From assembly GCA_905178155.1 (NCBI GenBank), contig CAJINV010000007.1:4048265-4112264 (forward strand): 64,000 bases of DNA. Reading direction: 5' to 3'. A program made the position numbers and the translations under genes. The notes under the pieces were generated by a model. That model made no database searches. It had not been told where the DNA came from and saw only the letters and a list, made by a program, of their open reading frames with translations. Source of the DNA: Amoebophrya sp. A120 (taxonomy: Eukaryota; Protista; Dinoflagellata). Position 1 is the stretch's first letter. The number at the start of each line of letters is the position of its first letter. Below, in pieces: positions 1-12,473 of the stretch.

Positions 1-11
1 CTCTTCGCGCC

Positions 12-3000
12 GTGAACAAGCCACTCGTATCCGCGGCCTCGCAGAAGGACGATGAAATGCAAGACATCAAAACAACTGCCACGCAGCAGGCGAAGAGCAG
101 CAGCACGACAACCACTAGAAGTGCAGCAGAGGCGGCTGACGTGAATAAACAGAGGACCACAGGAGCCAGCAAAGCGTCAGCCAGTACAACGAAATCTTCG
201 AAAGCGACACCCGGTGCAGCTTCCGGGAATAAATCGAAGGCGAAAGCCAGTGCAGCTGCATCAAAGTCAAAGAAGTCGAAGGCTACTGCTTCCACCAAAT
301 CCGGAACCGCTGTCGCTGGTGCAGCCGACGACACAGCGGATGCGGAAAAGGAAGCGGAAAACAAAAAAAAGAAAATAAAAGTAAAGAAAAAGCCTGTCGG
401 GGAAGCATTGAAAGCGCTTCAGGAAAAAGTTGAAATCAGCGCGGCTGTGGATGTGGTGGTGGAGGAAGATGCTGATGTTGGTGTGGTGGTTGCAGGTAAA
501 AATATTACAGTAGAAGACGCAGCAGAACAAATTGAGGAACGACCTGCTTTGCCTGTAGCTGAGGAAGACGAAGAGCAAGTACTAGATCATGACCGCAGCA
601 CATCAACGCCTGTGCCGGCTGCAGCAAAGGAGAATAAAAATGCAAGCAATACGACAGTGGATGTTGACGAAAAAAGGAAAAAGAAGGCGAGCAATCGAGA
701 CAAGGAAGCATTGGAGAAAAAGGAAAAGAAAAGCAAAAAATTGGCCAAGCGCGAGAAGAAGGAGCAGAAAAAACTCAAAAAGGCTCAGCAGCAGGAACAG
801 CAGCAGCTCCAGCAGCGGAGTTTATTGTCTGCTGCCGACGGTCGTCATGAACAGCAACAAGGTGAGCAGGAGGGCATTGACGCGCCGGAAGATGAACAAG
901 ACGACAGCTCTGACGAAGACTTGTCGACCGGGACACCCGCCTGCATCTTTGGGGAGGGGTCAAGATTTGGCTTCCGAAATCTCACGGAGCGGCCGCGGCA
1001 GAAGATCAAAGCTGTTCTTGTTGAAAACCAAATGGTCGACGACGAGGAGGAGGACGAATCAAGTCGGAAGGACGAGCCGGAAGTAGAGTTGCATGTAGCT
1101 GACCTTCTGCTTGAGGGGACCACATTGGAGGAAACAAAATCTGATGAAGCAACTGCGAACGACGAAAAATCAAAATCTGAAAGAACTGCGAACGACGAAA
1201 AAGATGTCGTTGAAATAAACAGAATGCCCATCCTGGCGACGGACGAAGCCACCGGTTGTTCTCATGGTCAAGCTTCTCCAGCAGCTGCTTTGTCCACTGG
1301 CGCAGAACCACCTACGGAGGAAGCGAATCGCGAAGAAAACGAGCAGCAGGAGACGAAGAACGAAACTGCACCGGATGAAACAGTCGAAGGCGAAAGCAAA
1401 ACTGTCAAGGGGCATCAAGATAATGATAATGCGACGACATTAGATGATAAGGAAACGCCCGCGCGCAAGAACTACTTGCAAGTCGTGCAGCAAGAAGCTG
1501 GGCTACAACTACATGGTTGTGATGTTGAGCAGATTAAGCAAGAGGTGACTGATGTGGTTGCTCTTGAAGAAAGTTTGTCCTCCTCAGCGGCGCAAACGAA
1601 AAAGAAAGAGCACGACCACAGCAAGGTCGATCGCCGCGACGATGATATTCCTGCGCAGGGCGAGCAAGAGGACGACTTGGTGGAGCAACACAGAAAAGGT
1701 CTAGTATCATTTCGAGATCAACAAGAACGTCCTGAAGCGCAAGAACCGTCTGCTCCGAGCAACAAGGACCAACCGGCCGCGGGGGTGTTTGAAGTAGAAG
1801 ATGTGGCCGCGCAAGATGTTGAACCATCGAGATCATTTGACGAACAAGATGAAAGCGGAAACTCATCTTGCGACAGTCACACTTCTAAAGGCTACGACAA
1901 TGAACATGAAGCTCCCGTGATGACGGAGGTGGAGGACGAGTCAGCTCACGAACTGGCGATCATGAAAATGAAATCTCAGCGCGAGGAGGAAATGAAGCAA
2001 CCGGACGAGGCCGAGGGCGAGGCGGGCGGGACGCAGTTAACAAGTAGATTTGAAGAGGATCAGGAGACCGCAGGCGCTACAAAAATTTTTCCCGAAGATG
2101 ATGCGGTTCCTTCTCCAGGACGAGACCAAGGCCAAGATGCTCAGCCTCTGCCCCCGGGGCGGCGGGAGCACGTGGACCAGCACGAGGAACTACAGGAACA
2201 AAGGTCGACGTTGCACACGACACATGAACCCGAGACGTTGGATGATGTCACGACTGGTGAATCCGACATCGAAAGACACATCCGACTGATTTGGGAGCAA
2301 GAGCAGGAGGAAATCCGCGTGCAGATGATGGAGCAGGAAGATGTTCTTGAAGGGGGAAGTGGACTGACCACTGAAGCGGCACGGGCACCTCCGCTAAACG
2401 ATCTTCACGTGGAAGCTGCGGTTGCAGTAGATTGTTGTTCCCTTCTCACTGCCCCGCGGCCGCCGCCGCCCTCCACCCCGCCGCCGACCAAGCAAGAGGC
2501 AACTCAGTGGGAGATCGTGCAGCGTGAGCAACAGCAAGCGAAGATGGCGCAAGAGCAAGAAATTAAGGTAAAGAAGGAGCAGCGCGAGCTAGAGCAACTC
2601 GAGTTGTTCGAGAGAAAGAAGCAGCGCGAGCGCGAGGAGCTCGAGTCCCAGAGAATATTAAAGCAGCAGCGCGAGGAGTTAGAGGAGCTCGAGTTTGAGA
2701 CGATGCGTGCCCTGTTTGACGACGGCCGCGTGGAGATTTGGGACATGCAGACCTTCTGTACCAAGGAGGAACTGGAGGCGGTTTCAAACAGCCAAGATGA
2801 AGAGTCCCTGCATCTTCAAAATGGTTCACCTGTCAAGAGCGGTAACGTGCGTTGTAACGAGCAGCTGCACTCAGCTCCACGGTTCGCCGAGGAGGAGCGA
2901 GATCTTGGGTTTGACATGACGAGGATTTTGACGCCAAGCCCATCATCTGCTTCGTGCACGCACAAAACTAGTACGACAACGCCGTCGCCTCCTTTCACGC

Positions 3001-5295
3001 GTGGCGATGAAAGCGAAGCAACCACAAGCTGCTTCAAAAATAACAGGAGGAATACAGGAGAAATCACCTTTTTGCAGCAGCAGAACAGGGACCACGGAGA
3101 ATTATCAGTAGTTGGAAATAGTAGTATGAACAAAAATCGCAGCGCGAGCTCTCTTAGCGCAAAGTCAGTAGATACAGATAGGTACGCACAGATTTCCACC
3201 ATCAACAGATGTCGAGTGCCGTACCGGCAGAAAGCATGCAGTGTGATTACTGAAAAAAAAAGTTATTACAGTACGAGCGGCAACAATAGCGGTGCTGCTG
3301 CTGACAGTACGAGCGGCAACAATAGCGGTGCTGCAGAACAAGTTTCCGTCGACGCAAAGGGGGCGACTACTACACCCAAGATGAACAATAGTTCTAGTTG
3401 TAAGAACTTTAGTAGTACTACTAGTGCAAATCAAAAATCCACGGATGCAGAAGTAGCAGTAGCTACCGGTAAAAATAAACTTGCTAATAAAAACACGTCG
3501 ACAAAAATAGAAGAACTAAGCCCCAGCAGAGGTCCTCGTGGATTCTCGTCAACACCAAAACAGAGCCTCACGCGGGAAGCCTCCCGGGAGCGCGGGGCCG
3601 TCGCTGGCGTCGGAGGACCGCAGCACGAGAGCAATCAGCTGCAGGGGTATGATCCCAGTGTCGCGGACCTTCAAGAACACCATCGTGGTGGTGAAACACA
3701 TAACATCATCGACATGTTGAATAAACCGGAGTTGGAGTCGCCCTTCAAGACGCTTGGAAAGGAGTTGCAGAAACAATCGAGTGCTGCTGGCATCAAATCC
3801 TCCACTGGTGCCAACACGGGGGCGGATCATTTTGCGCATCAGGACTACTCGCCGTACGGCAACTTCACGCACCACCAGCGTTTTGGGAATGTCGCAACTA
3901 CCGGTGGGGGCAACAACTCGGACTACGCCTCGGAGTGCGAGCCGGAGCACGAAATGTTCGAAACCCTATGAGAGTGGTCGTGCACAACTACTCCCCCTCT
4001 TGCCCCTTTAATTTGTCATGCAAAAATGCCAAATCTATGCGCCTACTTTTTGGCGTGCCTGCATGGGAAGTTTTCGGTGCAGGAGCCCACACTGCACTAC
4101 ACAGCGACTGTAGATTTGTCAGGAGGCAAAGAGCGCTGCATTTTTATTTAGGAGAGGTGGCGGTTATTTCTGTTGCTAGAAATGCACTCCAGAGACCAGA
4201 GCTGGAGGGGGTGGGGTTGTGCGCTCTCATAAACGCCGGGACTGATCGAGAAGATGGAGATGGAAAACAAGGCGGGGTCGCAACCACCGGAAGAAGCAGG
4301 AAGATTCCACGACGACAATGATGATGATGTGCCGATCGCCAGTCGCGCCTCTCTGCGCGAAACTGGTCCTCGTGGTGGACCACCAGACAAGGACCAGGGC
4401 CAAGAAAACCACAGCAAGCAGCTGCACGACAAGGACAATTACAGCACTGAACAACTGCAGATGAACAAGAAGAAAGTAGTGATTACGGGATCTTTGCACG
4501 ATTTAGTGGACAAGGACCATCTCCGCGAACAAACCTTGAACAACACGGAGATGTCTCCGAACACGGTTTCCAGCGACGACAACTTGATCAATTTGTCCAA
4601 GGAGCAGAAGTTGCACAAGCAACTAAACGACCCACTTACCGTGGAAAACTTACCCGAGGACCACTCCATCCACGTCTTCGAGTCGGGGGCGGACCGGCGA
4701 AGGAGCAAGAGCGAAAAGGACAAGGAAAAACTGCAGCGGGACAGCTCGAGCACCGAGCAAGAGTTTGGAGGCGAAAGCGGTGGAAGTCTTTTTGGTATAA
4801 ATAGCTTACTTCGCTGGTTCAGTGGCTTTTGATGAAGTTATTCCATGATCTCCTGCTTGCGGTCAGTTGCAGTGACAAAATTCCAGGTCACAGCATTACG
4901 AGGATGAGTCATGCTTTTTTATGAATTTCAGTAGAGATCATGAGCTACTTTCTCATTCTCCTGGAAAAAAATGAATCGCAGGGGCTTCCACGAAGCACTG
5001 GGCGCAGTGGGCGAAATACAAGTTGCAGCAAGCGCAGGACTTCGGCAAGCCGATCGTTGACGGGTTTGTCGAACACGTCCAGAACAACTTCACCAAGGAG
5101 AACATCGGTCTGTTCGCGAAAACCACCTACGAGTACAGTTCCAAGACGTTCGATGAGGGGAAAACCTACGCCAAAAAAACGGAGTTCAAGAAGAAGGTCC
5201 GGGCGTGCTGCAACGAAGGGAAAAAGAGCTGCGAATCGAACGCGCGGAGCTGTTACGAGGACGTTTCCAAAATGGCCTCGAAGTGGTTCGCATAG
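12..5295 (+). CDS. Large low-complexity/coiled-coil protein of unknown function, 3 exons (~12/57-3966, 4237-4794, 4982-5295)
   Basis: The 1319-aa ORF joins in frame to ORF 4254 after removing element 3967-4231 plus 5 nt (FETP-GLIEKMEMEN). It joins ORF 5023 via GT-AG intron 4795-4981. K/E/Q/S-rich; no domain recognised. The frame is open from the window start; first ATG at 57. Confidence 0.7.
3967..4231 (+). mobile_element. Introner-like non-canonical intron (TAT...ATA, TIR, 5-nt TSD)
   Basis: Left tatgagagtggtcgtgcacaactactccccctc vs reverse complement of right end tatgagagcgcacaaccccaccccctc. Flanks AACCC/AACGC. Removing 270 nt restores the frame. Confidence 0.85.
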
Positions 5296-7125
5296 TAGTT
5301 GGACTGCTACTCGTAAGATGTAGAACTGAAGAGTAGAGTGGCGAGGTTTGATATATATTATAAATCTCAGTAACGAAGTAAGCACGCGAACTAGTAGTGT
5401 GTGATGAGATCGATTTTATACAATCGCTTACAGCAACGATGCTTTCTTCCTTCTTGTTACAGCAATTTAAAACCACTCCCGAACAGATTGAGAAAACAGA
5501 TTCGCTTCCGTCTGGTTTTTTGATTTCCAAGAAAGTGATGAATAGAACTCGTACAACTCTTTCCCGAGATTTATCTTTCATAGTGAGCAGATGGGACGCA
5601 GTGGGTGCTGCTTGTTTTTATCGAAAGTTTGAAAGCTAATCATCTTTCAGCACCGTCGTGCTGCTTGTAAGGAGCGTGAAGGATTTTTTTGAAGTTGTTT
5701 CGACATGCTTTTCATTGATTTCTAGTACGTCTCCGCACTGAATCGTATTGTTTCGGGCTTGTTCAGTGAAACGCGGAGATTCTAAATGGTGCTATTAGGA
5801 GCAACCATCACGTACTTGTGCGAGCAGACCTGGATTGAATTGAAAGCGCCCGACTCTGACTAACCAGAGTGCGGGTCGAGTACTGTAACCTCTGACTCTG
5901 AGTCTGAGGGACGCTTCCTTTTCTAATATGCCTCGCAGGAAAATCTCGATTACTTGCAGATAATTTTCTATCTTCTGCAGCAAGCCTTTCCTTTTGAAAG
6001 CCCCTGACAGCCTAAAACTGAAACTGTAACAACACTGAGGTGTTTTTTATCGTTATGGTTCTTCCTTCTTTTTGTTTACACAGCTTTAGCCGGTCAATAT
6101 TTGTTTCCGATGTATTAATGTCCCCAACATAGCCGAGGTTTCTGTATCTGTTTTGTCTTTCCTTGTTGTGTTTGTTCTTGTTCATTTTCTCGTTTCAAAC
6201 AATTTTCGCACCACAGTTGCATCGTCGTAGAAGTTCTTGTTTTTCTCGTTTATGGTGCAGCAGTTCTTCGAGTGAAAGCAGGCTGCTGGAACTCTTTCTA
6301 TTCTTGGTTTGTTGTGTACTTGAATCAGTTCTACTTGCGTCAGGAGAGCTTCTGCTTCTTCTGTGGCAACGCTTAGAATGACGGTAGACAGAGCGTTGTA
6401 GAAACTACAAAGTAGAAATCGTAAATGCACAAAGTATTTGCCTCTGTTATACGTCGAGCAGAGAGGATTTGAATGATGCAAACTGCACTTGCACTTCAAC
6501 AAATTTTTGTCTGGACTTCTTGCCTTACGCCTCTAAAACAAGTAGTGTCCGCACGGTCCGCTTGCAGAGTGGCGATGGATGATGCCGACACTTGCCTGCT
6601 ACTGTATTGTTCAAGACCTTTTTTTAGAGCTCAAATCTAAGTGTGATCGTAATCTCGAGTCTAAAAATGAAGTGCGCACAAATAACGCCAACGAAGGCGA
6701 TCGATCAGCTACCGTCCTCTAAACTGTGACAGCGAAGTCGAAAAAGTACGAGTTAAGAATGTGAATTTCTGGCACGAAGTAAGACAAAGATCTTGAAGTA
6801 TACAATCGCCATCTTGAAAAAATTTCTGGGCATTTCTCTTGGTCCGTATTGAATCGATGTCATCACATCTTATTTTAAGCTGGTAAAGAAGATACACAGA
6901 CAACATAGTACAAGATCGCAACGTGCCGACACCTATTATTCTTGTAACGAGCTGAAGATGCAGCTGAGACACAGCACTTATACACGATTATAATCTCGTA
7001 CGGTCCTCATGTTGAGACCACACGAAGATAATTTTTCCTGTTCTTGTTTACCAATTTGCTCTTCCCTTCAGCGACTTTTTAGGCGAAAGCAAACAAACAA
7101 TTTCATCGTACGGAAAAGCAAAGAG

Positions 7126-10100
7126 ATGTCAAAAAATGAGCTTGCGCAGCAGCGATCTCCTGCAGCTTCCTCTTCTGCATTGCCTGAAGATGTTGATCTT
7201 GCTTCGCAGGGGGCAGCACGGGCTGCAACAAGCAAGGTCAACATGTTGAAACCGCAACCACCAGCTCCCAAACCGCCACTCTACGAGGCCAAGGAGCTGG
7301 TTTCCGGTGTGGTTTTCATGGATGACGCAGTCCCAGTGTACCAGTTTTTGCGGGATTTCTACTTTAACAATGAAGTACACAACCCCGCGAACCCGACGCT
7401 CCTGAACGGCGATAATGCGGCCCAAATCACCACCACCCAGGAATTGACCCGAGACGCGACGGCGCGGGCGCTGCTGGCCAGGTGTCCGGAAAAGTTGGAA
7501 GAGTTTGACCTGTTGGTGAGAAATGCGCAGATTAGGCAGCAGCTGCTCGTTCACGACGAGTCACCTACATCCGAGGGCGTCGAGGTAGGTGTTTTTCACG
7601 CGGAAGAAGAAGTCGTCTTGGCAACCGCAGCTAAGACCACGACGTGTTCGACATCTGGGCAAAATGTGTTTTCTCCGGAGGGAACATCAGCGGCAGCTGT
7701 GGGAGCGCGACGAAATGGTGCTCCTGCGCCGGATCATGTTGTTCGCACCACCGTAGCTCAGTTCATTGAAAACGGGACAACTAGTACTGCAGGCGCAATA
7801 GAAGAAGAAGCTGATGATGATGAAAGAATACAACAGAGGACGGCGTCGGGGGTGGAGGTGGTAACAAATAAACTGGCGGGGGCAATAAACGCCGAGGGCC
7901 ACGACGAGGATGATAGTAAGCAAGCAGAGGTAGTTAGCTTTTTCCCCACCGTGAGCAGCACGATAACCCACGACACGACTGCGGAGCAAGCACCGCCCGC
8001 TCCGTGTAGAAGTAGCTCATCTTCTAGCTCGGAATCAGAGGCCGGGCCTGTAACGGTAGAGACTTTTTTGCACAGTCCGAGCAAGAGAAAAAAAGGCAAG
8101 AGAAACAAGTGCAGGATCACATCAGGTGTACACCAGCACGATGAAGACGGCACTGACACAGGCACTCCTCACCTAACAGTCTCAACGTCGAAACCGAATA
8201 AACTCGCAAGTAAAGAACTCGAGTATGATTTGGTAGTTAGCAAAGGCACTCTCCGCATCTGCGACGACGCAATCTGCAACCTGATTTTGCAGACAGCAAT
8301 GATCTCAACAGCTGAAGAAACGAACGAAGGAGCAGGAGCTCATGGTGAGACTATGACTAGAGAACAAGAGGAAGGCAAGGAAAATGACGGTGGTTCTGAT
8401 GCGAACAACAACAATCCAAGGGTAACAGTATCAGCTCCTCGCCATCCGGTCGTTCCCCGCGGGGCGCGTCTCACTCTCGCCATGAAAGACGCGGAGGTGT
8501 TGATCGTTTCCTCTTCGCTATTGATCATCACCTTCTCTAGCTCCACTTTCGTGCCTCCCGTTGTAGCACCAGCGCCAGGAGCCGGTTCTGACGAAACTGA
8601 CTCAGCGTCAGATGGAGAAGATGGCGCTCAAGAACGTCGACCGCAGCGAGAGCAGGAGTCCGAAGTACAAGCTGCACCACAGCAGGAGCCTCTGTTTCTG
8701 AATCTTCCCCGCATTCTCTACGGGCTTTTCCTTCACCAGCCCGGGTTACTGTCTATGGACGAACTGACCAAGGTTCTCCGCAACAACTGTAATTGCTGCG
8801 TGCTGGAGCCGCGGTACGACAACAGCAGCGCAGAGCTTTTCTCCTACTGGACCAGGTTTTCCGCATTTCACCTCGGGTCCGCGATTCGCACCGGCGCGCA
8901 GGTGGTTGCGAAGGGCATTCAGTTCGTGGGCGAGAAGGCACGGGAGAAGGATTGGGTGAAATCATACGAGCAGGTGGAAAAGGAAAAGATGGAGAGGATC
9001 AGGAATCAAAGAAATCTTTCACAAAGTTCTTCGCATCTTGTTCAACCGAACTCAGGTAATGTTGCAGCGACGCGACTCCCACCCGGAGCTATCTTCGAAA
9101 AGAACCACCAGCTGCTCTCTTTCACTTCGACGGCAGCTACTAGTACCAACAAGCCACAAAGCGAAACTCTTGCACGGAATGCCAGCGGTCCTTGCAGGTC
9201 ACAGACTGTAGATGTCCTCTCGGTGGCTGCTCCAGGAAATAATGGACGACATGAAGTTGTGCAACTACCTGCTGGCTCCATCGCCAGTCGTGGAGAGGAT
9301 GCAGCGCCAGCCGCAGTGCCAGGTGCATACGCGGCCACGACGGGGGAGATGTTGCACGTGGACCTGGTGCGCCAAGATGAAGATGGAGCCAGCTTGTCTC
9401 GCCAAAACAGCAGCATTGATCTCGCAGACTTCAAAGAAAAGTTGCGGTACACGCGCGACACTTCCCATTGGCTGACGGACAAAAGCAAGACGGCCCTGAA
9501 TGCCTTGGCTCAGAAGGCTCGCACAGTAATCGCCAACTACAGCGAGCAGGCGCAGAATGTTGGAGTAGAGAGTACCGAGCTACAACCCTCGTTTGCAGCT
9601 GGTAGTTCTGGAGTCTCTGCATCTTCAGCAGGATCAGCAAGTAGTGCTATGTCCGGACGATATGATGTCGTGCGGGGGCTCGATCAGGTGATTAAAGACA
9701 CAGGCACTTCTCTCGAAACGACGGTCTCCGCGGCGAGGCGTTCTGTTGATGGAATGTTAGTTGCCAACGAGGTCGACCACGGAGATTGCTCGTTTCTGGA
9801 AGTGCAGCAGTTCATTCAAGGGCATCAAACGCCGAAAATCCTCGACGGAACTGCTTGTACTGGTGCAGACCACGTTTCTACGACCTCAACATCATCTACT
9901 TCGCTACCGTCGCGAATTTACGCTCTTTCTGGCGACGCGACATCACCTGCCGAAGTTGTAGCAGAGGCCACTACTGCAGCTCCAAGCAGACGAGGAGGCA
10001 CAGATTCGCGTGCTTCTGTTTCATCTCTGCAGCGCGGTAGCAGTAGTACTACCCTCTCTACTTCCACAAATGACCCGCCCAGCTCATCCACTTACGACTC

Positions 10101-10668
10101 AACTTCATCGAATCTGTTCGTGCACAGCGATTCTTGCACCCAGGTACTCACGTCTACAACTTCCGTCGCAACCAGTGTACTAACATCAACTTCTGGGCAC
10201 CAGCACGCAAGCAGCGCCGCGGGAAGGGACGGACAAGGAGCAGCAAGTTCATTTTCAAGTTCTTGCGTTGACACCTTTGATGCTCCTGGTGGAACAAATT
10301 TATCAAGAACTACTCCTGCAAGTCATGATGTCGTCGCACCACCTTCACAGTTGCCGAGTTCATCTACCGCATCGACGGTTGTCCAAACGTATATGCACGA
10401 GGACGATCTGAAGCAGGCAGCGAAGACCGTCGGTCTATCCTCCGTTCTCGCAGGAGTGGAGATTGTCTCTGCGATGTACGATGCCACGTCCGAAATTCTG
10501 TCCTCCACAGCGAACGTCACGGCGGATTTGGTGGGACACCGGTACGGAGAGGACGCGCATCAAATCGCGAAGGATTCGGTCCAAATCGCACAAAACGTGC
10601 TGCACTTGAAGGAACAGTTCAGCGGGAAGGCAGTGGTGTCACAGGTGGCCAAGGAAACGCTAACCTGA
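7126..10668 (+). CDS. Senescence/spartin-associated domain protein with long Ser/Thr-rich insertions
   Basis: Single long ORF. The C-terminal KTVGLSSVLAGVEIVSAMYDATSEILSSTANVTADLVGHRYGEDAHQIAKDS resembles the C-terminus of the Senescence (spartin/ERD7) domain. Start placed at ATG 7126. Confidence 0.7.
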   Translation: MSKNELAQQRSPAASSSALPEDVDLASQGAARAATSKVNMLKPQPPAPKPPLYEAKELVSGVVFMDDAVPVYQFLRDFYFNNEVHNPANPTLLNGDNAAQITTTQELTRDATARALLARCPEKLEEFDLLVRNAQIRQQLLVHDESPTSEGVEVGVFHAEEEVVLATAAKTTTCSTSGQNVFSPEGTSAAAVGARRNGAPAPDHVVRTTVAQFIENGTTSTAGAIEEEADDDERIQQRTASGVEVVTNKLAGAINAEGHDEDDSKQAEVVSFFPTVSSTITHDTTAEQAPPAPCRSSSSSSSESEAGPVTVETFLHSPSKRKKGKRNKCRITSGVHQHDEDGTDTGTPHLTVSTSKPNKLASKELEYDLVVSKGTLRICDDAICNLILQTAMISTAEETNEGAGAHGETMTREQEEGKENDGGSDANNNNPRVTVSAPRHPVVPRGARLTLAMKDAEVLIVSSSLLIITFSSSTFVPPVVAPAPGAGSDETDSASDGEDGAQERRPQREQESEVQAAPQQEPLFLNLPRILYGLFLHQPGLLSMDELTKVLRNNCNCCVLEPRYDNSSAELFSYWTRFSAFHLGSAIRTGAQVVAKGIQFVGEKAREKDWVKSYEQVEKEKMERIRNQRNLSQSSSHLVQPNSGNVAATRLPPGAIFEKNHQLLSFTSTAATSTNKPQSETLARNASGPCRSQTVDVLSVAAPGNNGRHEVVQLPAGSIASRGEDAAPAAVPGAYAATTGEMLHVDLVRQDEDGASLSRQNSSIDLADFKEKLRYTRDTSHWLTDKSKTALNALAQKARTVIANYSEQAQNVGVESTELQPSFAAGSSGVSASSAGSASSAMSGRYDVVRGLDQVIKDTGTSLETTVSAARRSVDGMLVANEVDHGDCSFLEVQQFIQGHQTPKILDGTACTGADHVSTTSTSSTSLPSRIYALSGDATSPAEVVAEATTAAPSRRGGTDSRASVSSLQRGSSSTTLSTSTNDPPSSSTYDSTSSNLFVHSDSCTQVLTSTTSVATSVLTSTSGHQHASSAAGRDGQGAASSFSSSCVDTFDAPGGTNLSRTTPASHDVVAPPSQLPSSSTASTVVQTYMHEDDLKQAAKTVGLSSVLAGVEIVSAMYDATSEILSSTANVTADLVGHRYGEDAHQIAKDSVQIAQNVLHLKEQFSGKAVVSQVAKETLT

Positions 10669-12473
10669 TTCAAGTAAGATTGATGAGCCGCCAAAATGCT
10701 GAGGAACAGGATGACGTCGCAGTGGCTAGTAGTTTTCTTGTCTGAATAAATTGCTGGCGAATGTTGATGTATATAAGTTCGGTGGACCTCGGATACATAT
10801 TTTCGAACAAAATTTTTCTGAAGTTTTGAACACATTTTTTTTTTGTATCTGTTAAGATACCCGTGTCAACCCATTGAAATGAGAGATGCTTTTTTCAATT
10901 TCAACACCCCGGAATAAGAGAATGAAAACTACACGTGTAAGATTTTGCCTCCAGCAGAACCCAAGTAAGTACCTACTCCGACGCGTGATCTTCAAGAACT
11001 CACTGTGAGACAGAGAAAGGGCAGCTCTCTGATTGTTTGAAAAATGTTATATGACATTAACTACATTTGTTCACAACTTACCGTTACCTCTTGGTCGCTG
11101 CGCACCGGTGCTTTTAGTCCTAAGCTCCGCGCCTCGGTTACCATACAACAAACATTCACCACCTGTGGTCCATGATCATCACGTTGCTTGTTTCGGCAAG
11201 GGAAGTTCTTGCTATTGAAAGAACTTTACAAGAAGGATTGCAATTACAACTGCGCCGTTTTTCATGTGTTCAATGTGGCAATGGTGTCGCAGCTCTGGAC
11301 AAGACGTCTCATACTTGTAGTTTTACGAGGCAAGAAGTCTTGGGTAAAGAAAATTTTTCCCTCACAAAATCACAATCATCACGCATTATCCACAATTGTG
11401 AGTAGATGCAAAAACGAATAATTCCGGTGCGAGGATAAAACAGATCATGATCAAGCGGCTCCGTATTCCCTGTGGTCGATATGAGAGCTACAAGCAGAAG
11501 CAGAACTTGAAGTGCACAAAAGATCTCTGCGATGCGTAGCTTTCACATTTTGATGGGGATGAAGTTGAAGCTGATGAAGATCGTTATTTTTATTTAGATC
11601 AAGCTGAGAAGGTTTATGTGAGCCTCAGTCCACAGAGTATTCTTGAAGCGATCTTCTATGCTTGTCGTGCCCTGAAATCATGTTTCCTATGGAACACCTT
11701 CGATGGAATTTACTTTTACTCTGCAGCGACAGAATTTTTTTTGTTGTGTCTATGATTGAAAAGTTTTTGTTAGGTAGATCTGCTTCGGAACAAAGCAGAG
11801 CAAAAGCAAATTTGAATTTGTAGTTATTGTAGTTTGACTTTTCTGGCCCTCATTGTCATTTTCACCAGTGGTAATTTTTCAAAAGTTATTTCGCCATGCC
11901 CTGGTATTTTGGGTGTCGTGAAAAGTCGATTTTTTCGAATCGGCACTAGCTGGAGGAGGGAATCGATGGTTGTTACGGATAGTCCTCTCGGCGGAAAACA
12001 AACTAAAGCGGTAGGAGTTTAGATGCCATCGAATAATATCGATAGTTCCTTCTATTATACCTGCGACGCGGAAGCGGGCTAAACCCAAGAGTGTTACCAG
12101 AAGTCCAGGCGCGCGCCGCTAAGAAAATAAAAACTTCTGCAATGAGCCAGATGTCGAAGTCAGAACTACAACAGCGGGAGAAGCAACCGGTGGAGAAAAC
12201 CCAACTCCAGCTGCGAGGGTTGGAACAAGTCACCGCTATTTTGTTGCTTTAGATAGTCCGGCCATCTTCATAGCCGGTATCTGAGCCAGGGGGAAGTATC
12301 TCGATCCCAGGGGTTTTTACCTCACAAGGCAGCGACTACACGACACGCACAGTGGTTGTTCAGTTCTGGCGAGTCTCTTCAGATACAACAGCAGGGTACT
12401 GTTTACCACTGACTGCAATATCACAGCGACGTCAACACAATCAACAAGCAGAGACACACAAACGCTGAAAACC

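Noticed and set aside
3268-3335. 36-bp tandem duplication (STSGNNSGAA twice)
   Set aside because: Ordinary slippage within a low-complexity coding region.
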